Assembly: GCA_946965045.2 (NCBI GenBank)
Contig: OX337241.1
Span: 1,798,001 to 1,862,000 of the forward strand
Direction of reading: 5' to 3'
Source: Epithemia pelagica
Taxonomy: Eukaryota > Protista > Bacillariophyta
DNA: 64,000 bases
Below are positions 9,577 to 21,156 of the stretch, one piece after another. Under the pieces are notes generated by a model. That model made no database searches, was not told the origin of the DNA, and worked only from the letters and a program-made list of their open reading frames with translations. The position numbers and the translations under genes were made by a program. The number at the start of each line of letters is the position of its first letter. Position 1 is the first letter of the stretch.

Positions 9577-11568
9577 TTACGGACACGGTCCATCACGACT
9601 CGTTTGCCGGGGAATGCATTGTCGCCCATGTTCGGTGGCCGCCAAATGGACAATGCCACTCCCTTGATCCAATCGTATCAGCTGATAGTGTTCCAAACGT
9701 TGATGGACTTGTCGAATCAAGGTGGTATTCAGGACAGGGTCTTTGTCGCTTTGTTGTTTTTGTTGTCGTTGTGGTTGCTGCTTCTCGAGAGTTTGTCTCT
9801 GCCTTTGCTGCTTCTGTTTCCGTCGTGTTTGTTGTTTCTGTACATCTTTGGCCACGGCAGATCGACGAGAACCACCGACAAAGCCACACAAGTACCAAAA
9901 GCTTGGACATTTTGGATACGACTGGTGTACGTAGGGTTCTTTTTGGCCAGCATCGCAACAGGCATCGTCCATACCTTGGAGTTGTGTCACATGATTCCAG
10001 GGTGGAATGGCTGGGACCAGGATGGAAACGGGAGGATCCTGGTATCGTCGTCGCATATCTCCTTGTTCAGGTTGTGGTTTTGATGGTTGCTTACCGTTGT
10101 TGGTCCATTTCGCGTGGTGATTCTGGTGGTCGTCATTACTGTAAAAATCGTACTCGTGTGGCAGGGGTTGCAACCTATGAGGAATCAGAATCTTGCCCTC
10201 ATTCAAAAGTGTTCGAAAGGACTGAAACAATTGGCGATTCGACGATTGTTGTTGTTTGGTGCTTTTGTAAAGCAAGGAATCGTATTCGGTATAATACAGA
10301 TATTCCCATTGCTTGACATCTGCCGAACCACCCAGAAGAATTTGGCGTTCTTGTAACGTGTCCTGGTCCCCAGGGTGGTCCTTTGGTGGATTGCCATGAG
10401 GGAAGAACGCTTGGTGTAGTTTGGACAATGCCAATCGGGGGACATTTCTGGTGGGTCCAGCAGATCCGGAAAGAAGCACAATGTCTGTACCGTGAATGCG
10501 ATCCTGGTGATTCCTGGAAACCATCGTTTCCGTCTCATTCTGGATTCCTACCGCGGGCTGCGTCATTTGGTGATCCTGAACCATTGCTTGCCATGACCAA
10601 TCGGTACGATTCTTTGGCAAAGGACCATGTGTCAATAACAGATTCCGACACAAGGGCCACACAGTCGACGACAAGTGGGCCCAAAACGAGTCATCCGTCA
10701 CAATGACCAGTCGGCCAATTCCTTGTCGAAGCAAGGAATGCAAGGTAGCCGAGAAAACTACCACCTCCAACATGATTGCACGATCCACATTGATATTGGA
10801 ATGAATGGGGGCATAGGCGAGGACTCCCACCGTGTCCTTCATGGGACTTGTAGAACCAGACTGCAATCTCTCATGTTTGATATCACGATGAGTGTAGTGC
10901 CAAAGAATGTCCACGATACGGTCAAAGGTGCGAGGCAGTTTGGGATTGTCAAATTCCAACACTTTCCACCATTTGGATAAATGTTCCACACTCAAATACA
11001 ACCAATCCTTGGTCATGCGAATGTCGTCCAGGGAATGGTTCTGGTTGTTGTTAATCACGGTTTCAAACACGGCCCCTTCTGGATTTTGAATGGCTGTGAG
11101 ATTGACTTGCTGGAATCGATCGACGGATTGCCACCACGCGGCCGAATAGGCATTTTTCAATTCGACAAAATCTTGAGAGGAAAGGTACTGGATGGATGGT
11201 GGTGCTGGTGGTGGATCCACAGTCACTGTCGTTGTGGTGTGAGGTCTTGTGTTCTGAGAGCCAGAGGCGGCATGTACGGTCGTGGATTTTCGTGGTGGTG
11301 GTGATGTGCGGTTTTGGTTCGTACGACTGCTATGGACCATGGAGCGTGCGGTTCGACCGGATGAAATTCCATAGTAGTGATGACTGTCCACTCGTCGCCG
11401 TGTGGATGCGGCATCGTAGTCCTCTTGCCGAGTCCGAAAAGACAAGTTCAGTATTCGTGCATGAAGCACGAGAAGCAACACGAGACATGTGCACAGAAAA
11501 ACATGAGGAGGACGACGACAGCGGCAACCACCATGGCCCTTTGGTTTCGGTACCACCATGAATGACAT
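9577..11568 (-). CDS. Type II membrane protein of unknown function (possible glycan-modifying enzyme)
   Basis: ATG 11568, single N-terminal TM (VFLCTCLVLLLVL), S/T/P-rich stem, then a globular region with EYLYYTEYDSLL, ILIPHRLQPLPHE and Cys-rich CCDAG..CPSFWYLCGF. Confidence 0.8.
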   Translation of the reverse strand: MSFMVVPKPKGHGGCRCRRPPHVFLCTCLVLLLVLHARILNLSFRTRQEDYDAASTRRRVDSHHYYGISSGRTARSMVHSSRTNQNRTSPPPRKSTTVHAASGSQNTRPHTTTTVTVDPPPAPPSIQYLSSQDFVELKNAYSAAWWQSVDRFQQVNLTAIQNPEGAVFETVINNNQNHSLDDIRMTKDWLYLSVEHLSKWWKVLEFDNPKLPRTFDRIVDILWHYTHRDIKHERLQSGSTSPMKDTVGVLAYAPIHSNINVDRAIMLEVVVFSATLHSLLRQGIGRLVIVTDDSFWAHLSSTVWPLCRNLLLTHGPLPKNRTDWSWQAMVQDHQMTQPAVGIQNETETMVSRNHQDRIHGTDIVLLSGSAGPTRNVPRLALSKLHQAFFPHGNPPKDHPGDQDTLQERQILLGGSADVKQWEYLYYTEYDSLLYKSTKQQQSSNRQLFQSFRTLLNEGKILIPHRLQPLPHEYDFYSNDDHQNHHAKWTNNGKQPSKPQPEQGDMRRRYQDPPVSILVPAIPPWNHVTQLQGMDDACCDAGQKEPYVHQSYPKCPSFWYLCGFVGGSRRSAVAKDVQKQQTRRKQKQQRQRQTLEKQQPQRQQKQQSDKDPVLNTTLIRQVHQRLEHYQLIRLDQGSGIVHLAATEHGRQCIPRQTSRDGPCP

Positions 11569-11904
11569 TTTATCAACCGACTGAAACGACTTGGATGAAA
11601 TGGATGCCAAACTCTGTTTGGTTTCTTGGACTGGAACTTTGTTTCGACAGGCGAACTCCTTGCTCTTTATCGAAACTCATGCGTTGGTTTGAAAAAAATG
11701 AGGACTGTACCTTACACCTTTTGTTGTAGCTCTATAACTATAATCGTCCAATACGATACGGAGTTTTGTCAAATACTCCGCTGAGAATTATTTGCATCAA
11801 AATCTGAATTTCCGTCTACCAAATCGCTTTTTGGTAGCGTTTGTGTCTGAAAAATCTTTTTGATTGACAAACCATCAATTCGAACCCACAAAAAGGTTGT
11901 CGCC

Positions 11905-12876
11905 ATGAGGAGGAAACCGAACATTGTTGCTTTTGCTTGTCGCTGTATCCAGTACGTAGTCCTTCTGCATCAAGTCAAGACCGCACAGTCGTTCTCGGGT
12001 ACCCTTTTGCGGTGGAAGATGCCGAGTCGGGAAGGACCATGGATGCCAGCATTCTCATCACGATCGACTGCAACCGCTCGAGCAACGACACCATCGTTTG
12101 GACACTCCATTGTACCGGAAGCTCCCAGGAACGACGATTTTCGGCGTGTACCTGATTCTAGTAGAGAAACATGTACACACCGACGATGGATCTGTCAGAA
12201 CCTTGGAATCATGGTACCATTGCTCCTGACAATACAAACATCATCAACAACAAGTGCTTCGGGTTCGCTTTTTTAAAGACGACGTTCGCAACAACTACAG
12301 ACAAAAATTAAAGAAAACCAAGTGAACATGAATATCCACACAAGTCCTACAAATCGTGTCTTGCCTAATGAGAGCTCTCAGATATTACAGACAACCATTA
12401 CAGAGACGCCCCATTCGCCGTTCCAATTCTCGTCCACGGCCTCACCACTCACAACAACAGCCACACAGCACCAGCAACAACTCGACGAAATTCAGCTGGC
12501 CCTCCAGGGTGGCAAGGATACCATGATTGTCGATGTACGAAGTATGCAAGAAATCGTGGCAGACAAGTCATGGAACTTGGGTGGATGGGCAAGACGGTGT
12601 CAATGGGCTCATGCACCTGGTATAAGCCACGACAATCCCTTGTTGCAAGTGGCAGCTCATGCTCTCCTACCCCATTCCTCCACACCCGTTCTCATTTACA
12701 GTGGATCATGCTCTGCCACAAAAAAGAAGAAGAAGAAGAATGGTACTCGAACCGCCGCCGACCGAGCCCGACAAGTGTTGAATGAACAAGGCTACCACAA
12801 TGTTTGGACGGTAGATCATGTCTCACACTTGTTGTGGTGGCATCCAGCTCCCACTGCCACCATTGTCTCCAAGTAG
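11905..12876 (+). CDS. Plastid-targeted rhodanese-like protein with one in-frame stop (12274-12276)
   Basis: Signal peptide ending TAQS-F (ASAFAP-like), then an RR + hydrophobic segment. Rhodanese motifs MIVDVRS and PVLIYSGS..RARQVLNEQGYHNV. ORFs 11860..12276 and 12322..12876 share a frame and are separated only by TAA at a T6/A3 homopolymer junction. Confidence 0.65.
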
Positions 12877-12968
12877 GAGGCACGTAGCATATGGTTTCAC
12901 ACACCAGTACTTGTTTCATGTTATAGGTACAGCATTATGGAGAGAGTAACCGTTGGTAGCATTGGATG

Positions 12969-15900
12969 TTACAACGACGAATCTTGTCGATACAGGACCA
13001 CGTGTACCATTTTGTCCGCCGCCTCTGTGGATCTCAAGGCATTTGTCGCAGTTGGTTCCGTTTCTCTGTACTCGGGAGCATGATCTATTAGAGTGTTGTT
13101 CCTGTCCAGTTCCACAGAGAGGGTCTCTTCCGTACCATTTGTGTCGTCGGGCAAGGATGAAGAGGACATCGAATGAAGCACGACTTCAATCCCTTGTGCC
13201 TCGTCTTGTCCACTCGACTCGTTCGCCATGGCATCGCGGATATGTTGGTCATTCATGGAATACAAGTCTTGTGCCAACGTAGTTTGCAAGTTTGTCACTT
13301 GACGTCTCGACGACAAGTCGGGTTGATCTACCAAGACTCGATGCGTGGATCCTATCGAGAAACTGGAGGCTGTTGATATCCGATTGGGGATTGGTATAAT
13401 ATGTGCAGTATCTTGCTTTCCCAAACCCGAGACGTCGTGCCCTCGTGTTTGACGACGGTCTTGTCGATCCACGTTTGAGTTCGAGCCCTGCTCAACAGAC
13501 GCAGCGCTTGATCGCACAGCAGCATACAGCTCTGGAGCAGATCTCACTCGTGGCAAATCGACGCCTCGTCTTGTATCCAACAGTCGTTCCCTACAGCCGC
13601 CATCCAAAAGGTTCGGTTCGACCAGATTTGTCCGTTCGGTCGGAGTAAGACTGGAACTTGTTCGCGTACTACTGTCATCTGCAACAAGGGATGGGTCTAC
13701 AATGTCATGTTCCTCAGCAACTTGGTCCTCCACTAACGTACCGGCCGTCATTAGTTTTCCTTGATAAAGAGTGGACGGGTCGTAATGAATCATTTCATAG
13801 CCGTAACGGAGAGATTTGCGACGACCACCACTACTTCCACCCTCCTCATAAGAGGAAAAGCGTCGCTCAAAAGATAGCACTGCCACTTGGGCATTTTCGT
13901 CAACTTCCAACGATGCCGAAGAATTCACTGAAACAGGAGTTTCGGCCAAAAGAGGAACCGGTTGATTCTGTTCGCTTGCTCCACTGTGGTCTTGGTTGTC
14001 ATGGTTTGTCATCGAGCAGCCTGAAGGAAGCATTTCGTATCCAACCTCTGCGGGTACAGAAGATCGAAGCGTTTCTAATCGTGCCAAATTCATGCACTGA
14101 CTTTTGCGAGAATGACTCCCCTTGCCGTCCCTAGTCTTGATGATGCGGTCCATGCATTCTTTTGTCTCCATCGCCCTGGCTTTTAAGATTGGGCGCTCTT
14201 TTTCAAATGCAATCGCACCTTGTTCGAACCGGGGAACCATGACACCAAACAATTGTTGACCGGGGACTGAAAAGTTGTCAACGGTAGAGGAGTCATTCTC
14301 GATGAAAGGCGAAGGACTGTCTCCAGAAGAAAATGAAACGGGCAATGGTCGGTCAAAGTGGCGACTCAAATTAAAATTGGGGACACGTGTACTGTAGTTT
14401 CCAAATAGCATGGACTTAACTTCCTCGTGTTTGGCGGTTTGTTGTGCTTTTAGCAATTCTCGTTTACTGAGTTGATTGAAGCGATCAAACGTATTCTGCA
14501 AGAAGAGTCGTCGCCTTTTCACTTGACCCGAGGAATCATTCTTGCCATTGCTTTGTGAATTAGGCAGATGAGGTTGCTGTGTTTTGTAGGCATCGACAAT
14601 CATCATATGAGGACCCAGGAGTCCCCAAACAAGAGCGCGCCCCACCCAGGTAAGAATCCAACCCCAGGGCAAGAACAGGGCAACAAAGCCTGAAAACAAA
14701 AAACAAACAGTGACCCAAAAGGATATCACACTTTCTTCCCATGTTACAATGATTTTGGCCAGGCGCATGTGTCTAAGATAGACGGCGATTCCCCCTTGCC
14801 AGACTCCCAGTCGGGCCAACCATTCCACAGGAATCAGCCGTTCTGCCAAATGATGGTGGTTAGTACTCGGAAGGGTTCCCGAATGAGCCTTGTGCGTATT
14901 ATCGGGATCTGAGGAGTTTCGTCCAATGCCATGCTTCAACTGTTGCAAAATGCGCACTCGCTCCAGGGCTTCTTCCGTATCTTGTTGATGTCGCTCCACG
15001 AGTTCTTGCCACTCGCGCTCCAAGGCTACGGTTTCACTGTGCCCTTCCCACGGTAAAATAGGTCGCTGCTGATCTCGCCATGACGATGATCGCACTGGGT
15101 CTTGATTGCCGCATAGCAAAATATACAAGTTTTGCCAGAAAGAGGGACAGCGATGCCACGGTGACGGATGGGATTGTCGCTGTGCTCCAGTGACCAACAA
15201 TATCCATCCAATGGACAAGAGGAAAAGGGCAGGAAACAATTGAGGACGTTCCACCAGCGTCGACGCCATTCCAAAAAATATGAGAGAATACAGTGGGACG
15301 TGGACACCTCCCCCGACGTGTACTTGGCCTCTCCAAAACACCAATGACCTCCAGGCCTGGCCTATGGAAAGCGTGGCGTGAAGTTTGTATTCTCGCAATT
15401 CGTTCAAGTACGATCGAATCACAGTCAAATCAAATTGCTGCTGCTCATCTTGTTCATCTCCGTATTGTCCAAAACAGGTATAACACAAGACTTGCAAACT
15501 GGCGTCTTTGTGCACATTGACATGAAAGGTGGGTCGCGGTTGAAGAAGGATGGCCCAGAGGGCAGCCTGCTCATTAGGAATTTCAACGCGGATCCGGATG
15601 GTCACGGTCCCATAGACGGTTTTGCGTTCCGTAACGTTGGAACTGGGGTGCCAATGATACTGTAAGGTATGATCGACGTTGCGTTGCAAGTTGCACAAAT
15701 TGACCGCGACTCGTCCAATGGCATCGTGCGGTTGATGCGGTTGTTGTGTTCCGCCCGCAGCTTGGAGTGTAGATAGAGGACTCGTGGAATCCCAGTCAAA
15801 ACATCCCAAATACAACATACTTGCCGGATGCAAAATACCAAAACAAAACGCTCGTTTCGTCCAAGGAAGCCAATGAGGACTAAGTTCATTGTCAATCACA

Positions 15901-17324
15901 TCGGTTTGGACCATGGCATCTTCCAACACGGCCGTGACAAAGGCATCCGTGACATCACCACCCACGGATTGTCCAGCCACGACGGCATCCAAATTGGGCA
16001 AGTCATGACAAGACAAGATTTCCAAGTATACCTTGCCCAAACTGGTTCGATCACGTCCAACAGTAGTGGACGAGGTGACACCTCCTGATCCAGCCTTAAT
16101 CCAATGGTGAGATGGTTTTTGTGTTTCTTCTTGGATTTGCTCCTTGGACAAAAATGTCGTGGTGGAAATATGTTTGGGGTCGGGATACGGTTTGACACGG
16201 TGTTTGATTTGCCCCGTGACTTCGTCTCGTACCGAGTTGGATTGAAAGGCCGACGACAAGGCATGAATCAAGGCCACCGGAGAGGATGAGGATCCTGCAC
16301 CAGAGAATCCTGTCGCAAGTTCTGTTTCATCTACCTCTGTCACCAAAAGACTGGGCCGCGTGGCTCGTTTGGATTGTTTGGTATGCAAGAGTGGTGGGGA
16401 TGGAGCGTGTTCTTGTCTAGGATGATTGAGTAAGGTCCACAATGTGGTTGGATCCATCTCACGTCTGGGAGTGGAATGGAACAGTTCGTCGAGACGATTC
16501 ACCACGACTTGATCCGACTTGCCGGCATGACGAAAACGCAATGTTACAGAGCCGCGAATTTTATCAGAAGCATGTCGACTCCGCAACAAGGATTGTAATG
16601 ATGATGCCTGGTATCGCCTGTGAACACTATTCTTGTTTTCGTTCTGTTCATCATCCTCACCATCAAGGTTTTTGTCCTCATCTGGATTGTTCCATTCATC
16701 AACCAAATCCACGGTGATGCGTTCTTCGTTGCATTTTTTCAAGACTGTGGATACAGGCACTCGCGCCTTTCCCAAAAATACATGGCCGTGTGGATGATTT
16801 GGTTCCTCTTTCTGTTTCTGTTGTTGTTTATTTTTGTCGTAACTCGAATGATGGGAAGATTTGGTCGTCCACACGGTAAGTTTCAGAAACGGTTTGCGTT
16901 GCAATTCTTCCAAGGTTGCGGAAAGGACAAAGAGAGAATGAGTGGAACAAGGTGTCCACAAGGGATTTCGTCCTCGATTCGTACAGGGTTCTGTTTGATG
17001 AATGACCTTGGATCCCCAAGAAACGGTGCAAAAGGGTTCCATGGCATTATGAGGATCTACGGCGTCTGCACTATCCTTCGGGCTATCACCACTGTTGTTG
17101 TCCGGTCCATCATTCTGGTTGGAATGAATCGAGGCTGAGGTTTCTTTTGGAGGGTGTAACCAGAGTCCATTGGCACCCACAATTTCTCCCAAGAGAGTGA
17201 CTTGTTCCTTCAAAAATTCCTCTTGTTCCAGAAAATTAGGTTGTGGCTTGGTACAGAGCGATTGGATGTTTGTCATAGCGAGAGTGCGTTTTCGCTTCGA
17301 GAACTGTGGGCCTGTGGAATCCAT
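12969..17324 (-). CDS. Multiple C2-domain and transmembrane protein (MCTP-like)
   Basis: C2-like segments PFCTVSWGSKVIHQT..NPLW and GKVYLEILSCHDLPNLD..TDAFV..QTDVIDNELSPHW..YLGCFDWD..IGRVAVNL. Hydrophobic hairpins near the C-terminal third. First ATG at 17324 (ORF track begins at GTG 17417). Confidence 0.85.
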   Translation of the reverse strand: MDSTGPQFSKRKRTLAMTNIQSLCTKPQPNFLEQEEFLKEQVTLLGEIVGANGLWLHPPKETSASIHSNQNDGPDNNSGDSPKDSADAVDPHNAMEPFCTVSWGSKVIHQTEPCTNRGRNPLWTPCSTHSLFVLSATLEELQRKPFLKLTVWTTKSSHHSSYDKNKQQQKQKEEPNHPHGHVFLGKARVPVSTVLKKCNEERITVDLVDEWNNPDEDKNLDGEDDEQNENKNSVHRRYQASSLQSLLRSRHASDKIRGSVTLRFRHAGKSDQVVVNRLDELFHSTPRREMDPTTLWTLLNHPRQEHAPSPPLLHTKQSKRATRPSLLVTEVDETELATGFSGAGSSSSPVALIHALSSAFQSNSVRDEVTGQIKHRVKPYPDPKHISTTTFLSKEQIQEETQKPSHHWIKAGSGGVTSSTTVGRDRTSLGKVYLEILSCHDLPNLDAVVAGQSVGGDVTDAFVTAVLEDAMVQTDVIDNELSPHWLPWTKRAFCFGILHPASMLYLGCFDWDSTSPLSTLQAAGGTQQPHQPHDAIGRVAVNLCNLQRNVDHTLQYHWHPSSNVTERKTVYGTVTIRIRVEIPNEQAALWAILLQPRPTFHVNVHKDASLQVLCYTCFGQYGDEQDEQQQFDLTVIRSYLNELREYKLHATLSIGQAWRSLVFWRGQVHVGGGVHVPLYSLIFFGMASTLVERPQLFPALFLLSIGWILLVTGAQRQSHPSPWHRCPSFWQNLYILLCGNQDPVRSSSWRDQQRPILPWEGHSETVALEREWQELVERHQQDTEEALERVRILQQLKHGIGRNSSDPDNTHKAHSGTLPSTNHHHLAERLIPVEWLARLGVWQGGIAVYLRHMRLAKIIVTWEESVISFWVTVCFLFSGFVALFLPWGWILTWVGRALVWGLLGPHMMIVDAYKTQQPHLPNSQSNGKNDSSGQVKRRRLFLQNTFDRFNQLSKRELLKAQQTAKHEEVKSMLFGNYSTRVPNFNLSRHFDRPLPVSFSSGDSPSPFIENDSSTVDNFSVPGQQLFGVMVPRFEQGAIAFEKERPILKARAMETKECMDRIIKTRDGKGSHSRKSQCMNLARLETLRSSVPAEVGYEMLPSGCSMTNHDNQDHSGASEQNQPVPLLAETPVSVNSSASLEVDENAQVAVLSFERRFSSYEEGGSSGGRRKSLRYGYEMIHYDPSTLYQGKLMTAGTLVEDQVAEEHDIVDPSLVADDSSTRTSSSLTPTERTNLVEPNLLDGGCRERLLDTRRGVDLPRVRSAPELYAAVRSSAASVEQGSNSNVDRQDRRQTRGHDVSGLGKQDTAHIIPIPNRISTASSFSIGSTHRVLVDQPDLSSRRQVTNLQTTLAQDLYSMNDQHIRDAMANESSGQDEAQGIEVVLHSMSSSSLPDDTNGTEETLSVELDRNNTLIDHAPEYRETEPTATNALRSTEAADKMVHVVLYRQDSSL

Positions 17325-18308
17325 TTCAGTGGCTTGGATAGCGTGACCGTACTGTTCACCTTTACCTGGGTAAGTGGGAAGAGAGAAGCGTTTGCAGTCC
17401 ACTGGCTGCGGAATCACTTCATTCCTTTCTCTTATCAGACAGTCAACGAAGCTCGAATGTGTGAGGACTATTAGTTGCCGCGAATAGGGACAGGTCGTCT
17501 TCCGTCGGTCGTGTTACCAGAATAGGCATCGCATTTGCAAGCACCAACGGATCGATTGCTGTTGTGGTGGCTGCTTTTCCCTCCATCATCTACAATAGAG
17601 CGTGTATGGTGTACTCGTGTGAGTGTGTCAGCTAAAGCGAAGGTGCGCGCGCAACGACGGACATTCTTGTCCACGACCACGACTTTATACTCTTATGGTT
17701 GTCTCGTACTCGTACAGGAGTACAGCTACACTACGAAAAATACTTAATTATTAAATATTGGTGAGCATGCGACCCAGCCACCTGCCACGCGAGGGGAGAA
17801 TCTCGAAAAGTAATAATAGACAATTCTCATTATTTGGTGTCCAAAGTCCAAGATCCCAGAAGCGTCCCCAATTTCATACTTGGTGCCTGAGAGCTCTCGC
17901 CCTGGCTACTAGTCTGGATTAGCACCACTTTGTCAATCAAACACCTCCTACCACCAACGGCGTAACCAAGTAGTTGTTCACCTCCACATCAAAATCAGTC
18001 TAAAGACTAAAAGAAAACATTCTTTACTCTTTCTACTTCCCTACTCCGGCATGGTTGGTAATCCGGATCCCGCCATCCAGTATCCAGTTCCGTCACTCCG
18101 AGTCGGAGTGAACCCCAATTCTCAACATACGTTCTGTGTGCTCTAGCTAAGACTATGGCGATATGTGTGGCTAAACTACGCTAAGCTACCTACTTCTTAT
18201 TATGAGCGATACAAAGGCGATCGAATCTTCATCTGCCTCTTCCGACATTTGGCAACGCAAGGAGCAAGGACCATGGTGTTCATGGCATGATCCACGTCCT
18301 CCTCTTCG

Positions 18309-21156
18309 ATGGCCTTGTTACTTTCCTCCAATGCTCAATCCTTTATTAAAGTACCCTTGCCGGATCATGACAAGGAGGAATTTTGGTTGACGGTATGGAT
18401 ATTCCTGGCATTGCCAATTGTTTGGTTCGGAATTGGTGCGTCATGCTACGTCATCAGTCGTCGTCCTCGGGTTCGGAGCTCCAAGGACACTCAGGCAAAC
18501 GTCAAGCACAATGAGCTATTGTCGAAACAACAAATCAGTCACAACACACAGAATACAGTGGATACTGTCCAAACCAAGTTGCAATCCAAGTCCAAGAGAA
18601 CTTTGCTATTACGACGACCTCCATCATTAGTCGCCAACAACGTTCGGGTGGATCTGTACCTGATACTGGGCATCGTCGTTGGTTACAGTATCTCCAGTGC
18701 GTGGATCCTGTTGACGAAATCGCCTCACAACGCGGGGACAGCCCGGAGTGTCTTTGTCACACCTCTCTTGACAACCGACGAATGTCAAGCGATTCAACAA
18801 CAGGTGTCGTCGCACCATTCGTCGTCGTCGTCGTCATCGTCTGCTTTCTCTAGGGAATCGGTCGCAAAATTTATACCGCTGAAAGACATTAACCCAACGT
18901 TCTTGGTAACTGTCGACGACACCAATGAGACAAGAACGGCTGCTGCCGCCAACACTAGCTCTTCCGAGAATAGTACTACTACTACAGCATGGGACTGGAA
19001 GACGGTCTTGGTACAAGCTCGATTGCGACCCATGGTGGAGCGCATTTATGGAATTCCAACCACCGCTGGAACACGGACATTGCAGAAGGAACCCTTACCA
19101 CGATTGCACATTGAATCGGACCATTGGTGGATTGTGCACTACTCCAGTTCAACCCCATCCTGTTCTTCTTCTTCTCTGAAAGAAAGTAGAGAATGGCAAC
19201 TCGCAGAGGATCCTCCTGGTCTTTTGTCGCCGCCATCGTCTTCTTCTTCTTCCGTGTCGTATTTACACGTTCGCATTGTACTGAGCCATGGCGATGAAGA
19301 GGAAACCACTGGTTGCTCCATCTGTTGTGGCGATGATTGGCAATTTTGGAATAGGTGGACGAAACAACCGTTTGGGAAGGATTCATGTGACACCAGTACA
19401 AGTCTAATCAAATCACATGCAGAAGTTTTGGCAACACCCAGTATGACATGGCCTGTCGGATCTGGAATGATCTATTCCTCGCACCTGGAACGTCGCTTCT
19501 ACTCTTCACCACAAACACAACAACAACCACCAGAGCAAGATGATGGCATGAACGAAGACTCGATGGGTTGCTGTATGAACGGCAGGATGGAGTTGGTGGG
19601 ATCCATTTCCTTGCTCCTGTCCAAGCAGGACAATCATGACGAGAACCCCTCTTCACCGCCAACGTCGTTTTCGGGGCGTCCGCGACCAGTTGGACGACAG
19701 GAGGCCCTCGTGACCACAACAACGCAGTTGAGAAAGTACGACGTTCAATGGTGGAGTATCAATACGTGGGCGTCATATTTTCAGAATGCGCACCTTCGCA
19801 TCGAAGCTTGGTTGGTTTCTCGAGAAACTACAGATGACGTCGTCGATGACGCCATTCATACCAAGGATTCCTCATCTCGGCAAACGAATGACCTGAACGC
19901 CAAGAGCCCAAGCAGAGACAACAACAATAAAAAGTTGGATCAACAACAACGACAACTGGGAGAGCTCTATCAACTCTTGTGGAACCTTGTCGAAGCTCTG
20001 GGTGATGCTTTGATCCCTCATTGCATCCATATGTTGGTACCAGAAAAGGATTCTCTAGCCTTTCTACAAACATTGGACCGTGAGTTCTTCTTGCTCCATC
20101 AATCACAGTACGACATGAAGTTGGACGGAACATGTGATGCATCGAATGATATGACATGCCAGAGCGACCATGATACGGATACTACCCGTGACCATTCTTG
20201 TGCACCTCGTCCAGAGGACCCCGTCGCTTGGAAACCAGCCGATCTGGATCACATGTTTGAACGCATTATACAAACATTCGACCACGTGAAAGTATGGTCC
20301 TGTACTTTGACCGCGACCAATCAATTCAAGGCAACACAAACAAGCACTCGTGGTTCAGGTACGGAGGATGCTGATGGTAACAAGCACTATCCCCTGGTGG
20401 GACCCTGGATCATCACCATTGACAATTTCATTTCACCTGCCGAGGCACAACACTTAATCGATTGGGGTAAACAGCTGGGTTACGAACGAAGTCAGGGAGT
20501 GGCCCAAGACTTGGACCACGAAGAACTGGACCGTGACGGAGCATTATCTTCTGTGGGAGTGGTCAGTGCCGATCGCACATCCACCAATACATGGTGTGAA
20601 GAAGGCTGTCATGACGATCCCGTCGTTGTGAATGTGAAAAATCGCTTGGAAAACCTGACCGGTATTCCCATGGATAATGCCGAACTGATCCAACTTCTGC
20701 AATGTACGTATGGACATTTTTGTGTTGGATAAGCTGTCGCAGAGGTGTCCTGAAAGTGTTGCTAACCTGCCTTTCGCTTACCGCCAACAAATGATGACTA
20801 CGTCAGATGAGGAGGGCCAATTCTATCGAATGCACCACGACTATGTCGACCACGAAAGAGATAGAGTTGAAGGTCCTCGTATCTTGACGGTTTTTCTCTA
20901 TTTAAATACAGTGGAAGAGGGTGGGGAAACTCGGTTTCAGTGGTTTGAAAGCAACAATAGCGAGAAAAAGTCGCTTCGCATTCAACCTCAGTTGGGACGA
21001 GCAGTCATATGGCCAAATGTTTTGAATGAATATCCGCTAGAACGGGACGACCGTACCGAACATGAAGCAATGCCAGTAATCAAGGGACGTAAGTTCGCGG
21101 CCAATGTGTGGATTCACTTAAGAAGTATCGTCATGGCGGTTGAACGAGGATGCTAA
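18309..21156 (+). CDS. P4H: Membrane-anchored prolyl 4-hydroxylase-like 2OG-Fe(II) dioxygenase; join(18309..20703,20807..21156)
   Basis: Intron 20704..20806 (GTACGT donor, GCTAAC branch at 20761, CAG acceptor). Splicing restores QLLQYEEGQFYRMHHDY..RILTVFLYLNTVEEGGETRF..EHEAMPVIKGRKFAANVW, with the H-x-D...H iron ligands and the 2OG-binding Lys. Confidence 0.9.
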
